In this document: positions 47,577-59,789 of the stretch, in pieces | Layout: the number at the start of each line of letters is the position of its first letter | Position numbering within the stretch: the first letter of the stretch is position 1 | Assembly (NCBI GenBank): GCA_028534125.1 | Contig: CM052817.1 | Location: 80,540,001 to 80,604,000, forward strand | Source: Lama glama | Taxonomy: Eukaryota | DNA: 64,000 bases | Reading direction: 5' to 3' | Notes under the pieces: generated by a model | What the model saw: only the letters and a program-made list of their open reading frames with translations | The model's database searches: none | Told to the model about the DNA's origin: nothing | Translations under genes and position numbers: made by a program

Positions 47577-49284
47577 GTAAGAAACCTTTATCCCACCTGC
47601 CCACAGCATGCGTTGTGTAACACATAGAGCATTGTCCACATCTAAATGGCGAGAAACTCTTTACATTCATCACAACAAAGCCAAAGCCACAACATAGGAG
47701 CTATTGTTCACCTCCTAGCGATGACCGAATCTATTTATCCATGTGGTTTAAGAGCTCACCGCCGAGCATTGAGAGGCCTCCTCTTGGCAACATCCCCAAG
47801 AGCATCTCAATCACTGTTACCACCATCGGAACAATTTGGGTCCCGCCCTGTGGTTTTGTAATTTCCATTTTTGAAACTCCTTAGACTGAGCCATGATGTG
47901 CCCAGTCTAGGTTGGGCATACTTAAAATGAAACTGTGAAGCTAAAATTAACTTGACATCAAAATGGTGCATGTTCATTTTCCTCATATTTATAGCTGACC
48001 ACAGTCATTATACAGAAGGCATCTAGTCTTTACCGTGCACTCTAGGGAACAGGAGGGGCAGTGACAGTAACCAAAAAAAGAACTAAAAGCTTTTCCAAAA
48101 GCAGATGGTCATAACTACTGCCTCATGGTGCTTGCATCTTAGTGAGGTCAGCCGTGGCGGGGAGGACTTTTCATTACATGGTGTTTACTCTTTGGTTCTT
48201 CTGCAATTAATCAAGACTGATAGGACCTTTTCTTAAAGTTTTGCTTGGGAGTCCAGAATTCAACTTACATCACCACAAAGGAAGCGAATGGAACAAAACT
48301 TCCTCTTCAGAGTTTCTTCAACTTATCTCCTGACCTATCTAAGAGGTGAAGGTAAATTAACCCAATGTGATGTAGAGCAAAGCATTTTTGATTAGAGACA
48401 GAAGATCTGAATTTTAGTTCAGTTTCTATCTGTGGCTAGTTGTGTGGTTTGGGCCTCAATTTCATCTGATAAATTCCAAGGGTTGAACAAAGATTCTTCC
48501 AGTTCAGAATTCTATTTCCTAACTCTCCTGAGGGAGAGGAAAAAAAGCTAATGTTTGTCATTCTTATTGGATGTCAACTGCAGAGGAAGGAAGAAAACCT
48601 TCCATTCACCCTATAAAATCAATATTTACATGTTTTTCAATTCCAGAATATTATATGGAAAATTCCTACATCTCAGGGATAAGATTTCTTGTGACACAAT
48701 GTGCATGATCCTTGACCTTGTCTAGCATTTGACTCTGTAATTCTAAGCAGTATGTTTTGGCTTTTTTGGGTTATTCTGGTTTCGCTATCTGCTCCCGTTC
48801 ATTTGACTGGCACATGTTAGTTAAGGCAGAGGTGCAGGCCTCTTTGATCATAGGCTGTACTGTATATCCTATCCTTTGATTTTACTAGTTCAGTTTTTAA
48901 AATAACAGCCTTCAGGTATGCATAATGGGTTATGTCCAGCATCCCATCTAAAATGAGAGTAAAAGTTTACTTACAATCCCTGCTGTTTACTTCCAATACA
49001 TCCTAAGAATCTTTTACCATTGTCTTTCCCTGAATATTCTATATATTGTTACTAAGGAAGAAAAATCTAAGGCAACATACATCCCTGTTCTTGTGTGAAT
49101 AATCCCAGATATGGAGAAGAGGCAAATACGGAGATCGGGGCCTCAGACACGAGGAGGCTGGAGATGGGACTAATGGGTTTACAAGAAGACACCAAATTCT
49201 AAACAACATTTTTATGTTGTTATACATAAAAACACCTTGTGACAATTACCACTTATCTAATGACTCCTAAGGGATTTTTAAGGT

Positions 49285-49504
49285 CAAGTGTAGTGGTACT
49301 TTTTCTGTTAAAGAGCCAGATAGTAAATATCTTAATGCCTTGTGGGCCATGGGATTTCTGTCCCAACTCCTCATCTCAGCCTTGGTAGCATGAAAGCAAC
49401 CATAAATGATACGTGACTGAATGGGTGTGCTGTGTTCTGATAAAACGGTATTTACACAGGCAGGCAGTGGGCTAGATTTGGAGTCAATAGTTTTCTGAAC
49501 CCTG
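49285..49504. mobile_element. MER58A MITE (hAT-Charlie)
   Basis: tttttctgttaaagagccagatagtaaatat...aatgggtgtgctgtgttctgataaaac...gggctagatttgg...accctg. Confidence 0.8.
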
Positions 49505-50066
49505 GTCTAAATTTTGGGGATCATTTACATCATTATCATCATCAATAACAAACATTTATTGCACATCTACTATGCAATTTATGGTAGAGTTGGGGCCTGT
49601 GTTGAAGTTAAGAAGAGAAGGAAGCTTGAGCATCTGTGGCCCGAAACTCAGTATCAACTCACCCATTGGAAAGAGACCAGTTTTTAAAAGAGAAAACTAA
49701 TAACATATAGCAATGAAGATCAGAACAGATTCTCTGACTCTGCAGGTGCACCTTTATTTGTAGCTAAAATTGAAAAAAAAGTCTACAGGGATTGGTATTT
49801 TAAAAATTACTATGTACATTTTCTTTCTGTATTACTCTGTGTCCCCTAGAATTGTGAAATTAAAATCAAACTCCTGGTCACTTCTGGGTATTCAAGTATT
49901 CTTTTGGAGACATCCAGTTGGTCCTGTAGAATGTTTTAGTGATTTCGAGATGTCAAGTGACAAACATGTTCTAAGCTAAGCCATGACTCTTTCTGACGGC
50001 TTATGTGTGTTGAAAGGGCAAATGTTTGTGAAAACAAGGGTATATATGTTAACCTTTTTTCTTTAG

Positions 50067-50096
50067 CATCCCAGGGTTGACCCAACCCAAGAGAAG
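50067..50096 (+). other. candidate 30-nt micro-exon
   Basis: ttaaccttttttctttag| catcccagggttgacccaacccaagagaag |gtaaga: pyrimidine tract plus AG and a near-consensus donor. Confidence 0.5.
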
Positions 50097-51694
50097 GTAA
50101 GACTCATTTTATCAGATCCATTTTCCCTGTTTCCACTTTCAAGCTCGAACATCCAGTTTTCCCTGGTGATGACAGATGAAATAAAAGTCTCATTGTTTTA
50201 GGCAATTCAGGAGATGGGTGGACCTGTAGTCCTAGTATAACTGCTTATTTTTATCTTTGTTTTTGGCTCCAATTGTCCTTCATAATAGAAGTCTAAACAA
50301 AACTGTGGCTCACGAATACGATTATTTTAGACATTTTAGCCGCTGCTGAGGCTCTAATTTTAGGAGTAATAGACCCTACGCATAAGATTCTAGGGGTGCT
50401 GAAAGAACCTATTGTGTAATACAGTCTTTTTTCTTTAGTGTTTGCAAACTCACTGTTTCAGCTTTGGATATCTTGAAATTTGTGTATTTTATATGATAGA
50501 GGGGTACTTTGGGCCATTAACATCTCATCGCAAATTTGCTTGTATCACAGCATACAGGGCTAGAATCCTAAGAGAAAGAAGCCCCGGACAGATACTTTTA
50601 AAAAGGAGATTGGTGATTTGTTCTCTCTTTTACTATGTCATTTCCTTACTCCAGTTCAGTAACACCAAAATTAGAATCCTTTTCTGGAATCTGCAGTAAA
50701 TTCAACATATGATCTCTGGAACATGCTGATCAATTAAAAATAAATCAATCATAAACTTTTTTTTCAGATTTTGTATTTAGCACGCATAATCTTGATGCTG
50801 AACAAACTCCCGTAATGAGAATAGCTGACTTTATTTCACCCACTGGATAAAAACTCTTTTCTGTTGGTCAGTCAGAATATATCAAGAAGTAGAAATGATT
50901 GAAAAGGTTATATACATTTTGTTTGACCTCTCGATGTATTGCATTTAACAACAGAACAATTTTATAGTCAGAGACCATGTCAGTAGTTTCTAGGTCTGAT
51001 TCACTATTTTTTTTTTTCTCAGTTCTTAAGCTTTTCTGTACTGAGAAAATTGGTGTGACAACTGAGAGGAAGAAATTGAGATTGTTTTAATGGAAAACCT
51101 TGGGACATGTGTAAATTGATACGTTCTCGGGGGAGAATTAATACCCTCGACGAAGAGTCTTTGCAGACCACATTAGCTTCCCCTAGAAGTCAAGAGAATG
51201 CCCTCTAGTCAACACTGAGAAAGCTCCACCAGGCAGAAGGGTGATTCTCCAGAAGGAAAGAGCCCGAGAATGTGCTTCATGCCAATTCTACAAGAGAGTC
51301 CATTACAGATTCTGGGTGAGAGACTCTGGGAGGTATCACCAAGTCTGTAGGAAGCATTTTTTTTTCTTTTTAATTTCAGAAAATCTTTAGAACAGAGTGA
51401 TATGGGTAAAGATTCTTAAAGAAAACGATTCACAGATACTTTTCTGTTGTCAAGGAGGGCTCTCCTTGGAGCCAAGGTGGGAAACTGCCAATATACTGTG
51501 AACATCATTAGGAAATGCAGGCAGAGCAAAGTGGTTTTGTAGCAACTGTGTTGAGAATTCTGGGAATGTTTGGCCTCAGCAGGAAAGAGCCGCTGGATGA
51601 ATTAGTGATGTCTGCTATAGGTGCGTGAGGAGGAAGTAAGTGTGCATATGATAAATCTGCTTAAGGTACATTCTTGTGGCAAGTTTTTTGATCT

Positions 51695-52241
51695 TGTAGA
51701 AGAAGAAAAAAACTTAAGTTTAATGAATGGGGCCTGTGAATTAAACTGACAGCAGACAGGTTAACAGGAGAAAAGATCCATTTTTCATGCACAAGGGAGC
51801 TTCACAGAAAAGAGGTGAAAACCCAAAGATGTGGTTAGGCTTGGGAGACTCAGTGTCATTTAACAAAGGGCAATTAATTGTGGAGAAGTAATAAGGCAAA
51901 GGAAAAGGGATTAGGGCTTCTAGGGGTGGTAAACTGTAAGAAGGTAAGTATATGGGGAAATTAACAGAAGATATTTTAGTAAGTTTTGTCATGCAGACGC
52001 AGGTTTGCTATCTCCAGTGATAGAAGCCCCCTGGTAACTGAGTCATTCTCCTCTTCCTGGTCTGCGGGGTGTGAGGAAGGAAGGAGGACACTTTCACAAA
52101 GGCAAGTTTGTGCTCTGCTTTTAGGAAGTAAAGGGGAGGGCAGAGTTCCTTCTTGTCTGTTGTTTCTTAATTGTGTTCAGCTCAAAATAATCCTTTTGCC
52201 AAGGTGGGAGATTGTGGGGTGGCAAATTCTGATCCTCTTGA
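51695..52241 (-). mobile_element. solo ERV1 LTR, MER34-like
   Basis: reverse complement of the 8241/11420 LTR motifs: gaattaaactgacagcagacaggttaacaggagaaaag...cagctcaaaataatcctt...ggggtggcaaattctga. Confidence 0.75.
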
Positions 52242-53139
52242 GTCTAATTTTTTAATCTGAAATAAAGATGTTTCCTTAAGAACTATTTTGAGAATGGGAT
52301 GAGACGATGTCTCTGAAAATATTTTGAGAGCTGTAAAGCATTCTACAAATATAAGTGTTTATTCCTATATTTTAGGTTGCATTTTTCCCCTCAAATGAAA
52401 TCTCAGTTTCTTATAAATTCACAATGAAATTGATCCAACTGAAGAAAATGGAATGGAGATAAGAAAAAAGTCCTTATATATCTTTCCAAAAATGCACCCA
52501 TTCTTGTACTGTCAATAAACAGCCAAGGAAGACAGGAATGGAACTCATTTTCTGCAAACATCCCTTGAGTCCTTTACTTCCCATCTGAATTGAATTCTAA
52601 AAAAAGAGACCCTGATAGATTCCTGCCTTCAGGTATAATTACCTCAAAATTGACTGACATTTAAAGCACACATGACACTTTTTTGCTTTAATTAGAGAAA
52701 ATTGGTGGAATTTATTTGATTGGTTATTTTGGGGATGGTTGGAGGCTGAGAATTTACTTAGCATTTCATTTCCTGCTGATGCTAAGACTTAGCCCCTATC
52801 AGAGAGTTCTGTACTTAGGATAAAATCACTTCAGAAATGTAGCCCAATGATTGTTTCTACCATGAAGTAATCAGCCCAGTCAGTAAGAGATGCTCTGAGG
52901 AAAAAAAAAAAAAATGCCATTGACAATAGTGAAAACCAAAAATCCACAGAAATTTTATTTAAACAATCTTGAAGGTAGTCTTGATTTAAGAATGTAAAAA
53001 TTCTTTTGCTTTGCTATGACATGTTTTGACATTGATAATATGAACACCAAAAAGAAATGCAATACGAAAGAAGTGTTCTAGACCAACTCCAAAAAGTATG
53101 AATAAAAACATTCATTCATCTGAGTGTCTCTTAGGATTG

Positions 53140-54110
53140 CTTTAAGTTTCTCCATATTTGTGGCTATTTCTTCTTTTTCTAATTTTGTTAACTGTCTTTT
53201 TTTCTGGGTTAGGCCAGCTAATAGTTTGTTATTTTCTTAGTTATTTCAAGGAATCAGTTCTTGGATTTATTTATCACAAATACTCTTATTTTTTGGTATT
53301 GTAATATTGGCCAATTTAACTTTTCTGATTCATTTTTTTCTTCCTTTTTACACTTCCTTTATTTAATTTTTTGGTTCTTTTTCTAATGTGTTGACATGAA
53401 CGTTTAATTTATTTTTATTCTTTTGTATTTAACAACGTGTTTGCGTTTATGAATTAAGCTATAAGGATTTTGGGTTGTTAGATATTTTTTAATATGTGAT
53501 GTATCTCATTATTATTCTGTAGATATTTTGAAATTTTAGTTTTGTTATTTTCTTTGACCCAGGTGTTGATTCAAAGTCAAGTTCTTCCTTTTCATGAGAT
53601 TAGTTTTCTGTTTCCTGTCCTCCTCTTCTTTTTCTCCTCTTCCTCCTCTTTATTTATGGTTTAATATCGCTGGAGGTCAGAGTCAGCTAATGTGTTCTGT
53701 GCTATTTCTAGTTTTCTTTTTGGTTTGATTTACAGTCAGAATTTTATAAATGTCCCATAAATTTTTGTGAGGCAGGTGTACTTTAAAAAAAAATTAGGAT
53801 AGCAAGTTCTACATATCTATTATGTTCATCAATTATGTAATTGACATCCAACATTCTTGATTATTTTTTGTCTAATTGATCTTCTGTGGACTCAGATTGT
53901 GATTTAAAGTTCCCTAATCTTATATTTTAGTCTCTTCTTCTTTGCATTTCTTGTGGTTTACGTATTATGAATTTAATGTAATTATTTTGTGCATCGCAAC
54001 TGTTATAATCTCATTGTAGACTTTATTCTTTGTTGTAAAGTTTCCTCTTTGTTTTACTTAATGTGCTTGCTTGAATTTAATCTTACCTAATATTAATACT
54101 CTGACCAATA
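53140..54110 (-). mobile_element. old L1 (L1ME-type) ORF2 fragment
   Basis: very T-rich; ttcaaggaatcagttcttggatttatttatc and ttaaagttccct motifs of antisense L1 ORF2. Confidence 0.6.
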
Positions 54111-54491
54111 TTTATGATTGTATTACAAATGTAATAATTATGAATCAGATGAACAAAGAAAACTATAGCTCCTTTGTTTTTTACATCTGAGCTAATTTTC
54201 CTCATAAGCCATTTATCCTGCTAGTAAAAGAAGACAGCAGGGACTTTGCTAATTAATGATATCCCAGTCTTCTTGGGTTACTCATGCTCTTTTGGGTAAA
54301 TGCTCAGGTTTTTTGGGTGCCTCTCTCCTCTCCCTGCATCTCCGTGAGGTGGCATTTTGGTGTAAGAGGCTATATTACATAAGGTGGCAGGATCTGTCAC
54401 CATTCTCTGGATCTTTATCAGTCTCTGTTGCAAAGTCCTGTTTAGGTGTGCTGGCCTTGTGTTGAGAAATATTCACATTTTGTGGCCTCTA

Positions 54492-54576
54492 TTTTTTTTT
54501 TTTAATTTAATGGAGGTACTGGGGATTGAACCCAGGACCCCATGGATGCAAAGCCAATGCTCTACCACTGCACTGT
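54492..54576 (-). mobile_element. tRNA-Ala-derived SINE (Vic-1 type), slightly 5'-truncated
   Basis: poly(T) then tggaggtactggggattgaacccaggacc...gctctaccactg; 9-bp TSD tggcctcta at 54483-54491 and 54577-54585. Confidence 0.9.
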
Positions 54577-55079
54577 TGGCCTCTACTTTTCCTAATGCTG
54601 CATCTCTGTTGTTCCATCAGCCTGTCTGTCTCTTCTTAGCCCCCTCCTAGGTTACACAGGAACTTCTGAGTCTTTGCAAGCTATACCCAGACTTCAAGGA
54701 GCTACCACCATCCCAGGTTTGTGGGCCCAGTTCACCAACCTCCCACCAAATCGATCCATCTTGCCAGTTTTCCCACGTCATGTTGACCTGGCACTCAGCA
54801 GTGAGGAAGGGTTTCCTAGAGGCCTGCAGCCTTCTGTAGGTCATGGCAGGGGAAGAGGCTCTCGCCTTGATGTTTACAGCATCTCTTGTACTTACTAGAA
54901 TGCTTTTGTAGCCTTATCCCTTTTTATGTTCATTTTAGAATTTTTGACTTCTCTGAGTTGCTTTGTGTTTTAAGCCAGAGATAAATCCAAGGCACAGTTA
55001 AAAAAAAGTACAGTGTAATCTGAACATCTTTTTCCTTTAATAGGTATATTTTACCTCAGTGACCTATATTGTTGAACCA

Positions 55080-55750
55080 TCAGCACATCCTGTTGATTTT
55101 ATCTTCAGAACCTATCCTAACTCCATCTCTGTTCTGTCTCCACCACTACCATCCTAATATAAGCTACCTTCTTTTTTTGTTTGTTTTGTTTGGGTCTGGA
55201 GCAAGAGCCTCCAGATTTATCTTCCTGATTCTAATCTACATAGCAGCCAGAGTGATTATTTAAAAATGTGAATGAGATCATGTGAGTCTGCAAGACTCAA
55301 CAAAGACATCTCTTCAGCCTTGAAATGAAATTCAGATTCTCTCCGGATTCTACATGGGCCCTCTTCTCTAGCCAGCGCCCACCTCTGTAGCATCATGTCC
55401 TACTCTTTCTTCCTTGCTGACTGCCTGCCAGCCAAATCCACTGACATTCTTCTGCTCTGGAACTAGACAAGCTCCTTCCTGCCTGAGGCTCTAGGGGTAG
55501 TTTTCCGTGTCTCTTCCTCAGTGACTTCTTAAGTCTGGCTCCTTCCTGGTCTTGCTGTCAGTTGTCACATCCTTTGAGTGTCCTCTGACCGTCCAGTCCA
55601 AGTAGTCTTCCAACAGCATTTTACCACGCTCCCCTTTTTGCATTCTTCACAGCATATTTACTCCTTGATTACTCTTAATGGATATATTTCTTTATCGGTC
55701 TCAAGCAGTGAGATGTAAGCTGCATGAGAGTAGGAACATGCCTGTCAATT
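55080..55750 (+). mobile_element. L2 LINE fragment
   Basis: catagcagccagagtgattatttaaaaatgtgaatgagatcatgt...agatgtaagctgcatgagagtagg. Confidence 0.7.
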
Positions 55751-55759
55751 GTCATCAAA

Positions 55760-56445
55760 AATAATAACAAAATAATACAGCGTCTACTATGATTCTTCAG
55801 TCTGGTCCTGTTCTGAGCCCTTTCCATGGATTAGGTCTTTTTTTAATTTTAATTTTTTAAATTGTGTTATGGTCAGTTACAGTGTGTCAATTTTTGGTGT
55901 ACAGCATAATGTTTCAGTCATACATATACATACATGTATTCATTTTCATATTCTTTTTCATTATAGGTTACTACAAGATATATCGAATATAGTTCTCTGT
56001 GCTCTACAGAAGAAATTTGTTGTTTACCTATTTTATATATAGTAGTTAATATTTGCAAATCTTGAACTCCCAATTTATCCCTTCCTACCACCACTCCCCC
56101 CTCCTCTGTAACCATAAGTTTGTTTACTCTGTCTGCGAGTCTGTTTCTGTTTTGTTGATAAATTCATTAGTGTCTTCTTTTTTTGTTTTGTTTTTTTTTT
56201 AAGATTCCGAAACATGTGAATGATATCATGGTATTTTTCTTTCTCTTTCTGGCTTACTTCACTTAGAATGCAGCTCTCCGAGTCCATCCTCCATGGATTA
56301 GGTCTTTAATCATCATTACAATGTCGTGAGGGTGGTACTATTGTTATCCTCATTTTACAGTTGGAGGAAAGGCAGAGAATTTCAGTGACTTATCCAAGGT
56401 CACATGGCTATTAAATGAGAAAGCCAGGATTTGAATCTAGGCAAA
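55760..56445 (-). mobile_element. MIR SINE split by the L1 insertion at 55841-56289
   Basis: tatcctcattttacag...ccaaggtcacatggcta...gccaggatttgaatctagg lies 3' of the L1 and MIR tail sequence lies 5' of it. Confidence 0.75.
55841..56289 (-). mobile_element. young 5'-truncated L1 3' end
   Basis: perfect 18-bp TSD tccatggattaggtcttt at 55823-55840 and 56290-56307; the minus strand encodes the ORF2 tail ILSEVSQKEKEKYH. Confidence 0.92.
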
Positions 56446-57164
56446 GACACTACCCTGCTGTGTACTAGTCATAGGAGTTAAAGATCCGAATCAAGTAGAG
56501 ACAGTCCTCTTGAAAACTCAATAGTTGGAAAGAGAGGCAAGTGAAAGAAAAATCACAACAAAGCCTAAGTTTTATATTCCACGCATCAAAGGGGAGTTAC
56601 AAAGCGTATGACTGGGGCATCATATTTATGTTAAAAATTTTTTTGTGAAAATACATCAGAGAAGTCTGAAATACATTCATTGCCTACTTGTTGGCCATCT
56701 ACATTTGTTTATGTAAGTATCTGGCATCGTTGCTGTAGAAACGTGGAGGTAGCAAGATGAAACATATTCTAATATAAAACATACTGAGAAGCAGAAATCT
56801 GTAAGACTGGACTCTTTTTCTGAAATGATCTTCATATTGGTTTCCTAGTCCTTTACCCGGGCTGAGAGAGAGATGTTTTTAAAGATGAAAGGTGATTTTA
56901 GGGGACTGGAAGAAGGTGAACCCATCCATTAGGAGAAAACCATTATCTGTCTGCTTTGAAGAAATTATTTTGAAATAATGAGACATAATTAATGTCAGTG
57001 TTTAGGATTATGTGAAAGTTTGCCAAGATGCCCTGTACAATTCTAATGGCCAGAAATGACAGTTTGATCACAGGTATACCAAGTAGCCATCTCATGCTTC
57101 ACTGCATTTGGCAGTAAAATGAGATGAACTGTAGGCATCAAATAATAAATTAAACCACGATTAC

Positions 57165-57365
57165 CACGAATGATGGCCAGCCCTCATTCAGTGCTGGGAG
57201 CTGGTCTAAGGGCCTTGCAGTCTATTTAATCCTCACCGCAAACCTGGTGAGGTAGGTATCATTACTATCCCTGATTTACTGATCAGGAAGTTGAGGCCCA
57301 GAGAGGTTAAGCCATTTCCCTAATATCACACAGCTACACAGTGTGAATCTGAACTCAAACATAGG
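57165..57365 (-). mobile_element. MIR SINE (further MIR fragments at about 57400-57560 and 57720-57890)
   Basis: atttaatcctcac...gaggtaggtatcattactatcc...gaggcccagagaggttaag. Confidence 0.8.
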
Positions 57366-58285
57366 GTTGTGTCAATAAAACAAGCAAATAAGAATCACCA
57401 TGGAGTGGCTGCTATTTGCCTGGTGCAGTGCTAGGCACTTCCATGTGTTTAGCTCTGTGGAGGAAGTCTTGTGCTCAGATGACAGGTAAAGAAACAGAGA
57501 CTCAGATAGGACTAGGGAATTCTCCCAAGGTTATGTAAAACCATGCTTGTCTGACTCCAAAGTCTATCCCAAGTAGTAATTCATTGAACTCTTTAAAGCA
57601 GAAGGTAGAGTACTGTTTCCCTCTCTGTAATTGCCTTCACCACCCCCTTCTTCTCTTCTGGTACTTTTCTCTCATTCTTTGTGCTTTTGTGGAACACAGC
57701 TCAACAATGTGCTTAATATACAAACTGCTAACATTTTCTGAGCCCAGACTGGGTGCTGGCTTTGTGCTAAAACATCAGTTTCCATTAATTACCTCATTTA
57801 ATCCTCCCAGCAACCAAACATCACAGGTGCTCTTATCAGCACCATTTATATACATGAGGCAGCTGGAGGTGAGAGAGATGCTCTTGGCAGCTGAGTCTGG
57901 TGATACAATTTTCCTGCGAGAAAATGACACATTTTAAAGCCTCATTGCTTACCTTCCCCTGCAATGGGAATAAACAAGCCAGATTCAGAATTCCTTTTGT
58001 TTTTGAACATTAAAAAACATGCAATCCTATTTAAAGTTGTTTTTTGTTTGTTTGTTTGTTTTTGTTTTTTGGAAGCAGGGTGGTTTGAACTTGTCTTGTT
58101 TGTGGCAGATTTCTTGAAAAGTTCTATTGGGCTAATCTGGTTGATTCTGGCCGCTTCCTCTTCCCCTCGGCTCTCTGTGGCTCTCTGTTCTGTTCTTGGG
58201 ACGGCCACCATTGGCTTGTGTCTCCTGAAGGAAGAAGTGCAGTGGGGGCAGGGTGTCAGGGCTCTGGGAACCTCATTTGCATACT

Positions 58286-58403
58286 CCTTGTTACAAAGGC
58301 GGACCACATCCTGGTTAAGACAATGTGCTGTCTGATAAACAGACTGCATCCCCCAGTGTCTGCCTGGAGCCCTGCCAGCATGTGGTCCGCCTTTGTCACA
58401 AGG
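58286..58403. repeat. inverted repeat with 29-bp arms and a 60-nt spacer
   Basis: ccttgttacaaaggcggaccacatcctgg (58286-58314) versus ccagcatgtggtccgcctttgtcacaagg (58375-58403): 27 of 29 positions are complementary. Confidence 0.95.
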
Positions 58404-59211
58404 TGCTGTTTATTCTGCCTGGAAGTCCAAGGACAGGACAAACCAGCTAAATGAACCTTTTATTCCTCCCATTCTCTGGCAGGAATTCCTTAGGTCACAA
58501 ACATTTATTAATATTAGATTAAGGGAGAGGCATCAGAACTCTCCAAAGAAGCTTCCCTCATACTGTGGAAAACCTATAAAAAGGTTTTTATCTTCCTTGT
58601 GAGCTATGAATTCTTTGGGGATGCGGGAATCTTGGGGAACTTGGAAAATATAGCGTAAGGGCATTATAAAGATCAAGGTTTGCCAAGATTTTATGTTGAT
58701 AAATATTTATTTCCACATCTGTTTTCTATGTGTTCCCTTTCTTTCTTCCGTCTCCCTCCCAACCCAACAACACACAGACAAAAGGAAGTGGAGGCGTAAA
58801 CAATTAACTGGTGACTGTAGGACTTACTGTTTAAGAATCTGGGTAATTAAGTCCTAATTTCTCCATTCTACCTACAATTTGGTAAATTAAAAAAAAAAAG
58901 ATTTTGAGATGCAGTCTCATTTATGTCAATTAAGAAATCTCTCTGTGCTACCCTTTTACTGATGTTTTTCTGTTTAACGCCCCTCAAAACAGTTCAGTAT
59001 TTCCTGCTCTGGTTAAAGCATTTTCAGATCTCTATGTGGTGTGTATTTTAAGATGTATTTTAACCACCAATGTCACTGGTGACTGTAATCATTGAAAGGA
59101 AAGGACTCTGTGATACACTAGCTGCTTTAGTGTCTTTTAATCAATACTTCCTATAAACAGACTTTGTCCTGAGGGACTGGAATCTGCCGCTATTTCTTTC
59201 TGCATTTACAG

Positions 59212-59304
59212 TGACTGCACACGTATCACAGCCTCTTATCTGTAGCTAATCCCGCGTGTGTAGCGAAGACTTTCAGTAAGGGATTGACTGGAGTCCTCCT
59301 GGAG
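59212..59304 (+). other. candidate non-coding exon (alternative donors after 59275 and 59304)
   Basis: acceptor tatttctttctgcatttacag|; donors TCA|GTAAGG and GAG|GTATTG; unique sequence with raised CpG. Confidence 0.35.
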
Positions 59305-59789
59305 GTATTGGTGGAAGATGGTGCCAGTGATGATGCTACAGAACAGTCTGAAAAAGGAGCCAGTCCGCATTTTGAAGGATTACCCACATTTCTGATGAGG
59401 CCTCTGAAGAACAACAATATGATAGAGATTGATTATTTTGTGGTTTAGAAGTGAAATCCTTGCACATGGTGAATACTGCGGTTGACTGTGAAGATGAAAA
59501 TTAGACCTCTATAGAAGACCTTGTGAAGAATAGCCTATCGGGGAGACAGTTATCTGAGCAATGTCAGCTTTTCTAGATTAGGAAGGATCTCTAAACTTTA
59601 GTGAATGGTTTTTCCTTTATTTTTTTATTTTTGTTTTTACATGATACCAGTTCTCAAGATTCAGAGTCAGCTGCAACTGGGAGTTTACCAAGGATGGTGA
59701 GCTGATTTCTACTTCAAAGAGGCAGTTGGAAAAAGAGCAGCCTTGATAAAGGGGGGCTGTGATGGCCCCATGAAGTTTTGAGTGAACAT

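Noticed and set aside
57942..58349. Hydrophobic 123-aa ORF and its basic antisense ORF
   Set aside because: The composition derives from a (GTTT)n repeat, and there is no splice or homology support.
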